A stretch of DNA of 55,247 bases from NCBI GenBank assembly GCA_019310725.1, contig JAFDDT010000005.1, positions 1 to 55,247 on the forward strand, read 5' to 3'. A program made the translations under genes and the position numbers. This document shows positions 1 to 9,301 of the stretch, in pieces. This DNA is from Deltaproteobacteria bacterium (GTDB lineage: Bacteria > Desulfobacterota > DSM-4660 > Desulfatiglandales > B25-G16). Numbering within the stretch: position 1 is the first letter of the stretch; each line of letters opens with the position of its first letter. The notes under the pieces are model-generated. The model was not told where the DNA came from. It did not search any database and worked only from the letters and a program-made list of their open reading frames with translations.

Positions 1-1265
1 ATAATATCTTCAACCTTTAGAGTAAGCAAACTTCTATCCTCCATAACAATGTTCCCGTCTATAATCGAATGCTTCACATCATGGGCACCAGCAGCATATA
101 CGAGGTGAGAATAGGGATTATACATGGGAATAAGGTGAGGCTTCTTGGTATCGATTATTATCAAATCAGCCCTCTTGCCAACCTCTAACGATCCGGTTAT
201 CTTCTCAAGCCCAAGTGCCCTGGCGCCATCTATAGTTGCCATCCTGAAAACTGTTTGGGCATCCATTACCGTGGGGTCCAGTCTGTTTACCTTATGGAGT
301 TTTGCCGCCATGTCCATCTCAGCGAAAAGATCCAGGTTGTTATTGGAGGCACATCCGTCAGTGCCCAAACCGACCGTTACCCCTTTTGCTATCATTTCAG
401 GCACAGGGGCAAAGCCTGATGCAAGTTTCATGTTGCTCTCTGGATTATGAACCACACTAACCTTATGCTGCGCAAGCACCTCTATTTCCGATTCGTTTAT
501 ATACACACAGTGATCAGCGATCAGATGAGGGCCCAGAAGCCCCAGATCCTTTAGATGCTGAACAGGGCGTTTGCCATATCGTTTTTCAATCTGCTCTATC
601 TCAGCTTTTGTTTCTGCTACATGCAGAATAAGGGGAACATCACTTTTAAGGGCCAGTTTGTTTGCCTTATTCAGTAGATCCACACCACAGGTAAACAGAG
701 AATGCGGCTCAACTGCTATATCTACCAGGGGGTCTTCCTTCCATCTTTCGATCAACTCCTTGGTATAAGTAAATCCTTTTTCCACTGATCCATAGTTTGG
801 CGAGGGAAAATCGTAGAGGACCTCTCCAACAACGCACCTCATTCCAGACTCTTTTGCAGCCCTAGCTACCTCCTCCTCAAAAAGATACATATCACAAAAG
901 GTCGTCGTTCCTGACAGTATCATCTCCGCACATGCCAGAAGGCTACCCACCCTCACAAAATCAGCATCCATATTCCTTTCCACAGGAAAAACATAATTAT
1001 TCAACCACTCCATAAGGGGAAGATCGTCTGCTAGACCCCTGAAAAGAGTCATAGCTGCATGGGTATGACTATTGATAAGACCAGGAAGTATCAGGCCGCC
1101 CTCAGCATCAATCTCTTTGTGTGCCTTTATTGAGCCTTTTCCATTTTTCCTGATAGAACCTATCCGATCCCCTTCTATGGTTAAAAGGCCATCAGGGATT
1201 ACCCTGTTCTGACCATCCATGGTAAGGATAGTTCCATTAAAAACCAGGATATCTGCTGCGTTCAT
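1..1265 (-). CDS. mtaD: Amidohydrolase, 5'-methylthioadenosine/S-adenosylhomocysteine deaminase (3' end truncated by window edge)
   Basis: Not in the ORF track. Manual translation from the ATG at 1265 gives MNAADILVFNGTILTMD...LILPGLINSHTHAAMTLFRGLADDLPLMEWL...EMILSGTTTFCDMY, with the HxH metal motif. ATGA overlap with the pnp stop. Confidence 0.88.
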   Translation of the reverse strand, partial: MNAADILVFNGTILTMDGQNRVIPDGLLTIEGDRIGSIRKNGKGSIKAHKEIDAEGGLILPGLINSHTHAAMTLFRGLADDLPLMEWLNNYVFPVERNMDADFVRVGSLLACAEMILSGTTTFCDMYLFEEEVARAAKESGMRCVVGEVLYDFPSPNYGSVEKGFTYTKELIERWKEDPLVDIAVEPHSLFTCGVDLLNKANKLALKSDVPLILHVAETKAEIEQIEKRYGKRPVQHLKDLGLLGPHLIADHCVYINESEIEVLAQHKVSVVHNPESNMKLASGFAPVPEMIAKGVTVGLGTDGCASNNNLDLFAEMDMAAKLHKVNRLDPTVMDAQTVFRMATIDGARALGLEKITGSLEVGKRADLIIIDTKKPHLIPMYNPYSHLVYAAGAHDVKHSIIDGNIVMEDRSLLTLKVEDI

Positions 1266-2089
1266 TTTTCCAAACTGCCAAGGATTAGCGCGAATAGCCG
1301 AGCTAATGAGGGAGATGCCTTCTCTGCATTAGCGATCACCTCTTCAATGGAGGTGCTAGTCATGCAATCAGGAAGATTAATGTTGGTGATAGCTACAATT
1401 GCTAATACCCTGAGCCCAGAATGAACAGCTGCGATCACCTCATTAACCGTTGACATCCCCACTGCATCACTGCCGATCCCTCTTAAAAATCTTGTCTCAG
1501 CAGGTGTTTCAAGGCTTGGCCCTGTGGTACCCACATAGATACCCTGATTCAAGGTAATCTCTGCGTCCACTGCTTTTTGCCGAGCCAGGGAGATCAGATC
1601 TTTGTCATAGGCGGATGTCATATCTGGAAAGCTAGGTCCGAATTCCTCCAGATCTCTTCCGACGAGGGGGTTAGTGCCTGTAAGATTTATGTGGTCGGTA
1701 ATCAGCATTAATTCTCCGGGTTTATAACAAGGATCTAATCCACCAGCTGCACTCGAAATAAAGAGATACTTTGCCCCCAAGACTGCCATGACCCTTACCG
1801 GAAAGGTGATCTCTTTAACCGTGTATCCCTCGTAGAGGTGAAATCTACCCTGCATGGCAAGAATTTGTTTTCCCGCCATGCTGCCAAAAACGAGGATGCC
1901 AGCGTGGCCAGGAACCGTTGCTTTGGGGAAATGAGGGATCTCTGCATAGGGGATACTATGATCGATTCTAATGGCATCAGTAAGAGAGGCAAGCCCGGTG
2001 CCAGTAATCATCCCAACGAGTGGCTCTCTGGTGATCTTTTTCCGAATAAAATCGGCTGCTTCGGCTATTTTCGAGTATGCTGAGTTCAT
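1262..2089 (-). CDS. punA: Purine nucleoside phosphorylase (trimeric, inosine/guanosine type)
   Basis: GRFHLYEG, GPSLETPAE, DAVGMST and TN motifs. Confidence 0.9.
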   Translation of the reverse strand: MNSAYSKIAEAADFIRKKITREPLVGMITGTGLASLTDAIRIDHSIPYAEIPHFPKATVPGHAGILVFGSMAGKQILAMQGRFHLYEGYTVKEITFPVRVMAVLGAKYLFISSAAGGLDPCYKPGELMLITDHINLTGTNPLVGRDLEEFGPSFPDMTSAYDKDLISLARQKAVDAEITLNQGIYVGTTGPSLETPAETRFLRGIGSDAVGMSTVNEVIAAVHSGLRVLAIVAITNINLPDCMTSTSIEEVIANAEKASPSLARLFALILGSLEK

Positions 2090-2110
2090 TGCGCCTTATC
2101 CTATATCTTG

Positions 2111-2257
2111 GTAACTTCTCAAAAAGTTCGGGTGATTCGTTGCCGTTGACATTTACGGTCATTGCGAGGAGCGAAGCGACGTGGCAATCTCATTGCGATA
2201 TGAGAGATTGCTTCGCCTTGCTCGCAATGACAGAAGCCAAACTTATTGAGAAGCTAC
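2111..2257. mobile_element. MITE-like element with ~18-21 bp terminal inverted repeats and 8-bp target duplication
   Basis: Left end GTAACTTCTCAAAAAGTT matches the reverse complement of the right end, GTAGCTTCTCAATAAGTT, at 16/18. ATATCTTG is duplicated at 2103-2110 and 2258-2265. Confidence 0.8.
2158..2231. repeat. REP/RPE-like palindrome inside the MITE
   Basis: GTCATTGCGAG...GCAATCTC...GAGATTGC...CTCGCAATGAC nested inverted repeats. Confidence 0.8.
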
Positions 2258-2412
2258 ATATCTTGCAGGTAAAACCTTGACAGGCTCTTGTCAAAATCCT
2301 TTTTCACTTCAAAAAGATCACTGTCTGCCCAAGGGCTCCATCACGACTAACACCTGACAAATTACATAAATGAGATCAAAAACAAAGTCAACCTGGTTTA
2401 CCAATTTTATCC

Positions 2413-2441
2413 TTGACCCATGTTTAACAGATCTTTAGTAT
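2413..2441 (+). promoter_or_regulatory. Putative sigma70 promoter
   Basis: TTGACC-17 bp-TAGTAT upstream of the likely ATG at 2510. Confidence 0.4.
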
Positions 2442-2509
2442 GCTCCCAGCAAAGAGAAACGCTGTGTGAGACAGAAACAGCGGCTGATACTGCATTTAAG
2501 GAGACAAAA

Positions 2510-3505
2510 ATGCCTTCCATGGTTGATGATCTTTCAAATCCCGCGTCTCTTCCGGATAGAACAGAAAAGGTTTCTGTTATTCAAACCCATATCTCTCTGG
2601 TTTTTTTGGCAGACAAATTCGTTTATAAGGTAAAGAAGCCAGTAAATTTTGGGTTCCTAGACTTTTCAACTCTTGAGAAGAGACGTTATTACTGTGAGCA
2701 GGAAATCATTCTCAACAGACGCTTATCAGAGGATGTGTATATCGGTGTTTTACCAATCCTGTATGATGGTAAAATCTATAGAATCGCGAAACAAGGTACA
2801 GGCGTTGTAGACTATGCTGTCAAGATGAGGAGACTCCCTGAACAAATGCTCATGAAATCTCTGTTTCTTCAGGGAAAACTGGAGACTCACCACTTGGAAA
2901 AGCTTGCCAATGTGCTTGCAGAATTTCATTTAACTTCTCGCAATTCCTCAGATATTGATAAATATGGTGAGCCAGAAATGTTTGCCATCAACACTGATGA
3001 GAATTTTAAACAGACCGAAAAATTTATTGGAATGGCAATTCAAAAAAAAGACTTTCAAGCCCTCAAGAGATGGACTGCGGACTTCTACCGTGGACACAGC
3101 GAGCTTTTCTGGAAAAGGATCAAGGCAAAAAGGATTAGGGACTGTCATGGTGATCTTCATATGGAACATATCTGCTTCACCCAAGATCTCCCCATATTTG
3201 ATTGCATTGAATTTAATGACCGGTTTAGGTATACTGATACCCTTGGTGATATTGCCTTCCTTCTGATGGATCTGGAATATCACGGGGGCAATGCGTTTTC
3301 TAGAGAACTGTGGGATTTCTACAAAAAAGACGCAGGTGAAAGAGAGGTGGATTGCCTGCTTACCTTTTATAAGGTTTACCGAGCTTATGTAAGGGGCAAG
3401 GTGACCAGCTTCCAGGTTGATGATGAAAACATCAGTGAAGAAAAAAAAGAGGAAGCGCTACAAACAGCGAAAAGATACTTCCAGCTTGCAAGCTCCTATA
3501 TATAG
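2510..3505 (+). CDS. Aminoglycoside-phosphotransferase-like kinase domain protein (COG2187, N-terminal half of Rv2004c-type proteins)
   Basis: IQTHIS, YKVKKPVNFGFLDFSTLEKRR, RDCHGDLH, FDCIEFNDRFRY and YRAYVRGKV motifs. RBS AAGGAG precedes ATG 2510 (the ORF track opens at 2420). Confidence 0.8.
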   Translation: MPSMVDDLSNPASLPDRTEKVSVIQTHISLVFLADKFVYKVKKPVNFGFLDFSTLEKRRYYCEQEIILNRRLSEDVYIGVLPILYDGKIYRIAKQGTGVVDYAVKMRRLPEQMLMKSLFLQGKLETHHLEKLANVLAEFHLTSRNSSDIDKYGEPEMFAINTDENFKQTEKFIGMAIQKKDFQALKRWTADFYRGHSELFWKRIKAKRIRDCHGDLHMEHICFTQDLPIFDCIEFNDRFRYTDTLGDIAFLLMDLEYHGGNAFSRELWDFYKKDAGEREVDCLLTFYKVYRAYVRGKVTSFQVDDENISEEKKEEALQTAKRYFQLASSYI

Positions 3506-3584
3506 GGGCTGTTGATCAAAGGAATTTCGGCAACAGCCTATATAGCGCAGGCAGTAAGGAGTATACAGTTGGGACAGGATTAAG

Positions 3585-4193
3585 GTGCTTATGAAAGAAG
3601 ATTTTGTAGGTTTCATAAAAAGAGAATTAGTGCCTCAAACAGTCCTTATAGCATGCGGCCTCCCGGCTTCCTACAAAACAGAAACAACCGAGGTAATAGC
3701 TGAACTTAAGGGCTATCAAATACTAAGGACAGACCTTATCAGGCTTGAGGTGCTAGAAGGTGAAGACATCTTTGATGAGAAGATCGCATCAAACATGGGA
3801 AAAAGGGAGCTTGTCTACAAGAAAATGTTTTCGTGTGCAGATGAGCTTGCAGATAAAGGTAAAGGGATAATCTTGGATGCCACCTTTATCACGCAGGCAC
3901 TCAGAAAGAGGGCTGCACAGATAGCTGCAAACCATAATAAGGTTTTTGTTATTCAACAAACACAGTGCCCCCAGGAGATCTCTCTCAGAAGGATATCAGA
4001 GAGAACCAGGGAGAATTATGAATCAAATGCCTTGACTGAACAGGCCTATCTCAATAATAGAAAGAAGTTCCAGCCAGTAGACCTAGATGACTTGAAAAGT
4101 TCGTACCCAACTCTTAACATTATCCATCTTCTGGTCGATACAACCTCAGATCTGGTTGATGAATGGAGGGTAATAAAGTGCCTAAAGGTATAG
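3585..4193 (+). CDS. AAA_33 P-loop kinase (COG0645)
   Basis: ACGLPASYKT Walker-A-like motif, LRTDLIR, IILDATF. Confidence 0.75.
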   Translation: MLMKEDFVGFIKRELVPQTVLIACGLPASYKTETTEVIAELKGYQILRTDLIRLEVLEGEDIFDEKIASNMGKRELVYKKMFSCADELADKGKGIILDATFITQALRKRAAQIAANHNKVFVIQQTQCPQEISLRRISERTRENYESNALTEQAYLNNRKKFQPVDLDDLKSSYPTLNIIHLLVDTTSDLVDEWRVIKCLKV

Positions 4194-4289
4194 GTGCCTA
4201 ATGTGCCTAAAGTTATTGGCTTTAGATGATTTATTACTGATTGTGGAACATGTTTTAGGCACTCATAACTCGAGGCACTCGAGGTACTT
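4174..4289. repeat. Inverted arrays of degenerate 9-mer (AAAGTGCCT) repeats
   Basis: AAAGTGCCTAAAGG-TAGGTGCCTAATGTGCCTAAAG on the left; TTTAGGCAT-type inverted copies (TTTAGGCACT, CGAGGCACT, CGAGGTACTT) on the right. Confidence 0.65.
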
Positions 4290-4292
4290 CTG

Positions 4293-5180
4293 ATGGCAAA
4301 GATACCAAAATCGGTCGGGATAATATTTAAGCACAATTTCCAGCCTGCAAAGAAGGAGTGCAAGCGCTTAAGGGATTGGTTTACACAGAGAGGAATGACC
4401 GTGTATACAGAGGAAATGGCATCTCGTGCTCATCTATCACAGTGCCTCGAAGAAGGAACAACTATACCGGATACCGTCGATTTGGTTGTAGTTTTGGGTG
4501 GGGATGGGACATTGCTGGGAGCTGCCCGGAAGGTTGGGCGATATGGCCTCCCTATTTTGGGTGTTAATCTCGGAGGCTTAGGCTTTTTAACAGAGATCCC
4601 CTTAGAAATGCTTTATAAGGACATCGAAAAGGTTATCACTGGCCAAGTGACTGTTGAACCGAGACTCATGTTACAAGCCAGCGTTTTAAGAAACGCTGAA
4701 GAAAAATGTCGTTTCTCAGTGTTAAATGATGTTGTTATCAACAAAGGGGCATTGGCCAGGATTATTGATCTGAGAGTATCCATCGATGGTCATTTTCTCA
4801 CCACCTTTCGTGCAGACGGGCTCATAATATCCACCCCGACAGGCTCAACCGGTTATAACCTTTCTGCAGGGGGCCCGATATTGTACCCAGATCTAGAGGC
4901 GTTGATCTTGACCCCGATATGTCCCTTTACGCTGACGCAACGGCCTATTATTTTACCCGATACATCGGTTATAGAAATTCAGATAGGGAAACAAAATGAG
5001 GAAGTTATCCTCACCTTTGATGGTCAGGTCGGCTTTGATCTTATGGCTCATGACAGGGTTATCATTTCCAAGTCAGAGAAAAAATTGAAGCTCATCAAAT
5101 CACCCGATCAGGACTATTATGATATCCTCCGGACAAAACTCAAATGGGGTGAGCCCACTTACAACACAACAGACGAGTAA
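4293..5180 (+). CDS. nadK: NAD kinase
   Basis: LGGDGT, GVNLGGLGFL, LNDVVI, ADGLIISTPTGSTGYNLSAGGP. Confidence 0.96.
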   Translation: MAKIPKSVGIIFKHNFQPAKKECKRLRDWFTQRGMTVYTEEMASRAHLSQCLEEGTTIPDTVDLVVVLGGDGTLLGAARKVGRYGLPILGVNLGGLGFLTEIPLEMLYKDIEKVITGQVTVEPRLMLQASVLRNAEEKCRFSVLNDVVINKGALARIIDLRVSIDGHFLTTFRADGLIISTPTGSTGYNLSAGGPILYPDLEALILTPICPFTLTQRPIILPDTSVIEIQIGKQNEEVILTFDGQVGFDLMAHDRVIISKSEKKLKLIKSPDQDYYDILRTKLKWGEPTYNTTDE

Positions 5181-5391
5181 GTGTCGATTTTCAATAAATA
5201 GAAAGGAAATATGCTATTTGCAATGGGTAATAGAAGCCTATGATGGGATGGCCTCGATGAGAACCGTTAATCCCAAAACTGGTAAGATTGAAATTTCTAT
5301 AGCTCCCGGATGCAGAGAGGAGATTCTTTCACTTATTAAGCATTTAAAGGAAGAGGGAATTATTCATGTTAGGGACAAGAAAACTGATTGA
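5119..5391 (+). CDS. DUF4911-like small protein (true start probably downstream, around GTG 5149)
   Basis: EICYLQWVIEAYDGMASMRTVNP pattern. Confidence 0.65.
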   Translation: MISSGQNSNGVSPLTTQQTSKCRFSINRKEICYLQWVIEAYDGMASMRTVNPKTGKIEISIAPGCREEILSLIKHLKEEGIIHVRDKKTD

Positions 5392-5815
5392 TGGCGTTGT
5401 GAAAACAACTGTTATGGTAATGATTGGATTCTGTACTGTCGGAATGGGCGGGGTAGGGGAGGAAAAACTTAAAAAAATTCCGGAACCTGACGACAATTTC
5501 TCGGCAACGGTAATTGACCAACGTGATGTTGCTTCACCTATTACCCTTTTCAGTCTCGAGGGACAAACGTTTCTCTCAGGCAAGCGTGGGGGTGCCATGG
5601 TTTCCATACCATTTGAAAACATTAAGGAGATAAATTTCTATGCCCGTGGCAAAGATATCTTTGCCACGGTTACTATGAAAAAGGAAGCCCAAGTTGAATT
5701 AGAAATGGAGAAAGATCGCATTTTTTATGGCCAGCTTTCTTATGGGCTTTTATCTATCAAGGTAGAATATGTAAAAAAAATTGCCATTCATGGCTTGGCC
5801 GAGCAGGAGAAATAG
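5366..5815 (+). CDS. Hypothetical exported protein
   Basis: Hydrophobic N-terminus; operonic overlap with its neighbours. Confidence 0.6.
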   Translation: MLGTRKLIDGVVKTTVMVMIGFCTVGMGGVGEEKLKKIPEPDDNFSATVIDQRDVASPITLFSLEGQTFLSGKRGGAMVSIPFENIKEINFYARGKDIFATVTMKKEAQVELEMEKDRIFYGQLSYGLLSIKVEYVKKIAIHGLAEQEK

Positions 5816-5816
5816 G

Positions 5817-7139
5817 TTGCCCCAATTATTTCACATAAAAACCTTTGGCTGCCAGATGAATAAGCATGATTCTGATTCTATCAGCCAGATTCTTATGAAT
5901 GAAGGGTATCAGCAATCGGAAAGCATTGACGATGCTGATATTGTCTTGGTTAATACCTGCGCGGTCAGGGAAAAGGCTGAAGAAAAGGCACTAAGCGTGC
6001 TTGGTCGGTTGGCTCCCTTAAAGCAAAAGAAACGAAACCTGCTTGTCGGTGTTGTTGGATGCGTGGCTCAGAAGCAAGGGGTGGCTCTCATGAAACGATT
6101 CCCACATCTCGATCTCATCCTGGGCCCAAGGAATATTCACCACATAGATAAAGCCATTGCTCAGATCAAGAAAAAAAGAGAACGGATTTCCTCGCTTGAT
6201 TTGTCCGGTCAAATCACCTCATTTTCCAAATATAACGGCTACTTAAAAGGACGGGTTACCTGTTTCTTGAAGATTATGGAGGGATGCGACAACTTCTGCT
6301 CATACTGCATTGTTCCTTTTGTTAGGGGCAGAGAGGCAAGCCTCTCAGCCCAAAATATTATTGACGAAGCGAATTGTTTAGTTCGACAGGGAATAAAGGA
6401 GATCACCCTTATTGGGCAGAATGTGAATTCTTACAATGCCAAGAATGGGTCTGTAACGACATTTCCCGGTTTACTCAAGGCGCTAGATAGTATTTCAGGC
6501 TTGAAAAGGCTTCGTTTTACAACTTCTCACCCCAAGGATTTATCTGATGAGCTCATCAGTCTTTTCGAGGAATTAAAAACCCTGTGCCCACACATTCATC
6601 TCCCGGTTCAATCAGGATCCGATGCAGTACTTGGGTTTATGAATAGGGGGTATACAAGGGATACATATCTTAGTCTCATAGAGCGCCTCAGGAAAGTTAG
6701 GCCTGATATAGCTATTACAACCGACCTGATTGTTGGGTTCCCCGGAGAAAGGGAACAAGACTTTCAAGACAGTTTAAGGTTGATCGAAGAGGTGAAATTT
6801 GATAGTATATTTGCCTTTAAATATTCCGAACGATCAAGAACAAGGGCAGTGCACTTGCCAGGAAAAATAGGGGATACTGAAAAGCAAAGGCGTCTGTTTC
6901 TATTGCAGCAAAGGCAAAGAGAGATCACCCTGGCCAAAAATAAGTCCCTTGAGGGAACCATTCAAGAAGTTTTGGTAGAAGGCCCTGGCAAAAGAGGGAA
7001 TCGCCAACTCAGTGGAAGAACCCCGGGAAATAAGGTTGTCAATTTTTATACCCCAACCGATCTCAGGGGAGAATTGGTAAACCTAAAAATTATCCAAGGG
7101 TTCCAGAATTCACTACTTGGCGAAATCGTTGGTGCATAA
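5817..7139 (+). CDS. miaB: tRNA-2-methylthio-N6-dimethylallyladenosine synthase
   Basis: TFGCQMN, NTCAVRE, GCDNFCSYC, RFTTSHP and a TRAM C-terminus. RBS AGGAG precedes TTG 5817 (the ORF track opens at 5781). Confidence 0.95.
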   Translation: MPQLFHIKTFGCQMNKHDSDSISQILMNEGYQQSESIDDADIVLVNTCAVREKAEEKALSVLGRLAPLKQKKRNLLVGVVGCVAQKQGVALMKRFPHLDLILGPRNIHHIDKAIAQIKKKRERISSLDLSGQITSFSKYNGYLKGRVTCFLKIMEGCDNFCSYCIVPFVRGREASLSAQNIIDEANCLVRQGIKEITLIGQNVNSYNAKNGSVTTFPGLLKALDSISGLKRLRFTTSHPKDLSDELISLFEELKTLCPHIHLPVQSGSDAVLGFMNRGYTRDTYLSLIERLRKVRPDIAITTDLIVGFPGEREQDFQDSLRLIEEVKFDSIFAFKYSERSRTRAVHLPGKIGDTEKQRRLFLLQQRQREITLAKNKSLEGTIQEVLVEGPGKRGNRQLSGRTPGNKVVNFYTPTDLRGELVNLKIIQGFQNSLLGEIVGA

Positions 7140-7168
7140 GGTCAAAAAATCTCTTAGGCTATAAAGAA

Positions 7169-8029
7169 ATGGAGCAACAATTCGACTACCATAAAGAAAA
7201 TCTCTTGATAGTTGACGACGAGATAGAAATAGGGAAAATAGTACAGGATCTACTTGCAAAACTGGGATTCAATACTGGATTCGCCGGTAACGGGAAGAAT
7301 GCGTTAGAGAAGCTTCGCAACGAAGACTACACCTTTTTGATTACTGATATAAATATTCCGAAACTCAACGGCATTGAATTGATAAAAATAGTCAAGAAAG
7401 AAATACCCAGGATCAATATTATTGCCATGACCGGCTACGATAAAGACTACACCTATATGGACGTTATTAACGCTGGAGCAACTGATTTTATCAGTAAACC
7501 CTTCAAAATTGACGAGATGGAGGCCAAAATAAAGAGGATCCTTATTGAGACAGAGAATCTCAATGAATTGGCCAGGCTCTCAATAACCGATAATCTTACC
7601 GGTCTTTATAACCAGCGGCATTTTTACAACAGGCTGAAAGAGGAGATTGAGCGTGCAAATCGCCAGAAGCATCCTCTGTCTCTAATTCTTTTGGACCTAG
7701 ACAATTTCAAATATTTTAACGATAAATATGGTCATCTTGCTGGCGATCAGATGCTTGCGGGAGCAGGGAAGGTCATTCTTTCAAACATCCGCGACAGTGT
7801 AGATACTGCTTTCAGATACGGAGGCGATGAGTTCGCTGTTATTCTGGTTGAGGCTGATACCGCGATCGCACAAACCATAAGCGAGAGGCTGAGGAAAGGA
7901 TTTCAGCAAGACAGTGCGGTTACTGCAAGTATAGGTTTTGCAACATATAAGAAGGGAATGAAGCTCAATGAGCTGATTGGTTTGGCTGACAAGGATCTCT
8001 ATTCTACAAAGAATAACAAGCGCTACTGA
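7169..8029 (+). CDS. Response regulator receiver-GGDEF diguanylate cyclase
   Basis: LIVDDE, ITDINIP and KPF receiver motifs; DLDNFK and RYGGDEF. Confidence 0.92.
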   Translation: MEQQFDYHKENLLIVDDEIEIGKIVQDLLAKLGFNTGFAGNGKNALEKLRNEDYTFLITDINIPKLNGIELIKIVKKEIPRINIIAMTGYDKDYTYMDVINAGATDFISKPFKIDEMEAKIKRILIETENLNELARLSITDNLTGLYNQRHFYNRLKEEIERANRQKHPLSLILLDLDNFKYFNDKYGHLAGDQMLAGAGKVILSNIRDSVDTAFRYGGDEFAVILVEADTAIAQTISERLRKGFQQDSAVTASIGFATYKKGMKLNELIGLADKDLYSTKNNKRY

Positions 8030-8049
8030 TAGTATTTGTGGTTTATCTT

Positions 8050-8077
8050 GAGTCTGATAATATATATTATGTAAACT
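8050..8077 (+). other. dif site (XerC/XerD chromosome dimer resolution site)
   Basis: GAGTCTGATAA-TATATA-TTATGTAAACT in an 11-6-11 layout. The spacer and right arm match the Bacillus-type dif (…TATATATTATGTAAACT). It lies between convergent genes. Confidence 0.8.
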
Positions 8078-8263
8078 AAGAAATATATTGACTTTTTTCC
8101 TCTCTTATATCATCATCGCGCTACCGTATTAAATAATCGGAGGTTATCAGTTTAATGAGCAGTGTCGTAAAAAAAAGAAAGAAAAAAATAACAAAACACA
8201 AGCATCGGAAATTAAAAAAATCAATGCGCCACAAGAACAAGTAATAGAAAAATCTTCTTTCCC

Positions 8264-9112
8264 CTAGTACCAACCCCTACCGGTCTTTTTTCCCAAGTTA
8301 CCTGCCCTCACCATCGTCTTTAACAGACCGGGAGAAACCCATTTGTTTTCCTTGTTGAGTTCCTTGTAAAGGTATTCACTTACAAAATATGCGATATCAA
8401 TACCGGTCAAATCCATCAATTCAAAGGGTCCCATGGGATAATTGAGCCCGTTTTTCACGGCCACATCCACATCCTCGATGGATGCAATACCTTCCTCCAC
8501 AATCCTTATCGCCTCTAGCATGTGAGGAATCATTATCCTATTAACGATAAAGCCCGGCGAATCCTTTTTTACTTCCACGGTTATCTTGCCCAGTTTTTGG
8601 GCAAATTCGGTGGTCGTTTTGATTGTTTCATCGCTGGTTGAATAACCCCTAATTATCTCAACAAGTCTCATTAATGGAACTGGATTAAAAAAATGCATTC
8701 CACAGACCTTATCAGGCCTCTTCGTGCTCGCTGCTATTTCTGTTATAGACATAGATGAGGTATTGGTCGCCAAGATCACCTCAGGTCTACACAGTTCATC
8801 TAGCTCCTTGAAAACCGCCTTTTTGAGATCTAAGTCTTCAATAACAGCCTCTATGATGAGGTCAGCACCCTTGAGGTCTGCCATGTCTACGCTACCTTTT
8901 ATTCGCCCGAGGATTGCATCTTTCTCATTGGCATCCATCTTTCCTTTTTCCACACTCCTGGCAAGAAAAGCTTGTATCTTTTTCATGCCCCCTTCCACAA
9001 ATCTCATCTCAATATCTCTCATGATAACATCGCACCCTATCTGGGCTGCGATCTGAGCAATGCCATTACCCATGGTGCCTGCTCCAACTACACCTATCTT
9101 TTTGATTGCCAT
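8264..9112 (-). CDS. hbd: 3-hydroxybutyryl-CoA dehydrogenase
   Basis: GAGTMGNG, NTSS, GMHFFNP, PGFIVNR, PMGPFEL. Confidence 0.93.
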   Translation of the reverse strand: MAIKKIGVVGAGTMGNGIAQIAAQIGCDVIMRDIEMRFVEGGMKKIQAFLARSVEKGKMDANEKDAILGRIKGSVDMADLKGADLIIEAVIEDLDLKKAVFKELDELCRPEVILATNTSSMSITEIAASTKRPDKVCGMHFFNPVPLMRLVEIIRGYSTSDETIKTTTEFAQKLGKITVEVKKDSPGFIVNRIMIPHMLEAIRIVEEGIASIEDVDVAVKNGLNYPMGPFELMDLTGIDIAYFVSEYLYKELNKENKWVSPGLLKTMVRAGNLGKKTGRGWY

Positions 9113-9301
9113 AATCCCTCCTCTCTTAATACGTTGAATACAATTGAATTAATGTATCACATTACCTTTATTCAATAACTATTACAAATTTTAGATGTAT
9201 ATCAGCAGTGGTATTGAACACACAAAACACACCCCATTTTGAAACTGACGTCCTTCTAACACATTCAGGGGTCGATAACAAGACATTCGTAACATTCACG
9301 T

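Noticed and set aside
145-768. Short + strand ORFs, and the many similar antisense ORFs in the track
   Set aside because: Shadows of well-supported genes on the opposite strand (here mtaD).
9200-9300. 6S or other ncRNA between hbd and the SPL-like gene
   Set aside because: Too short, and no long closing stem was found.
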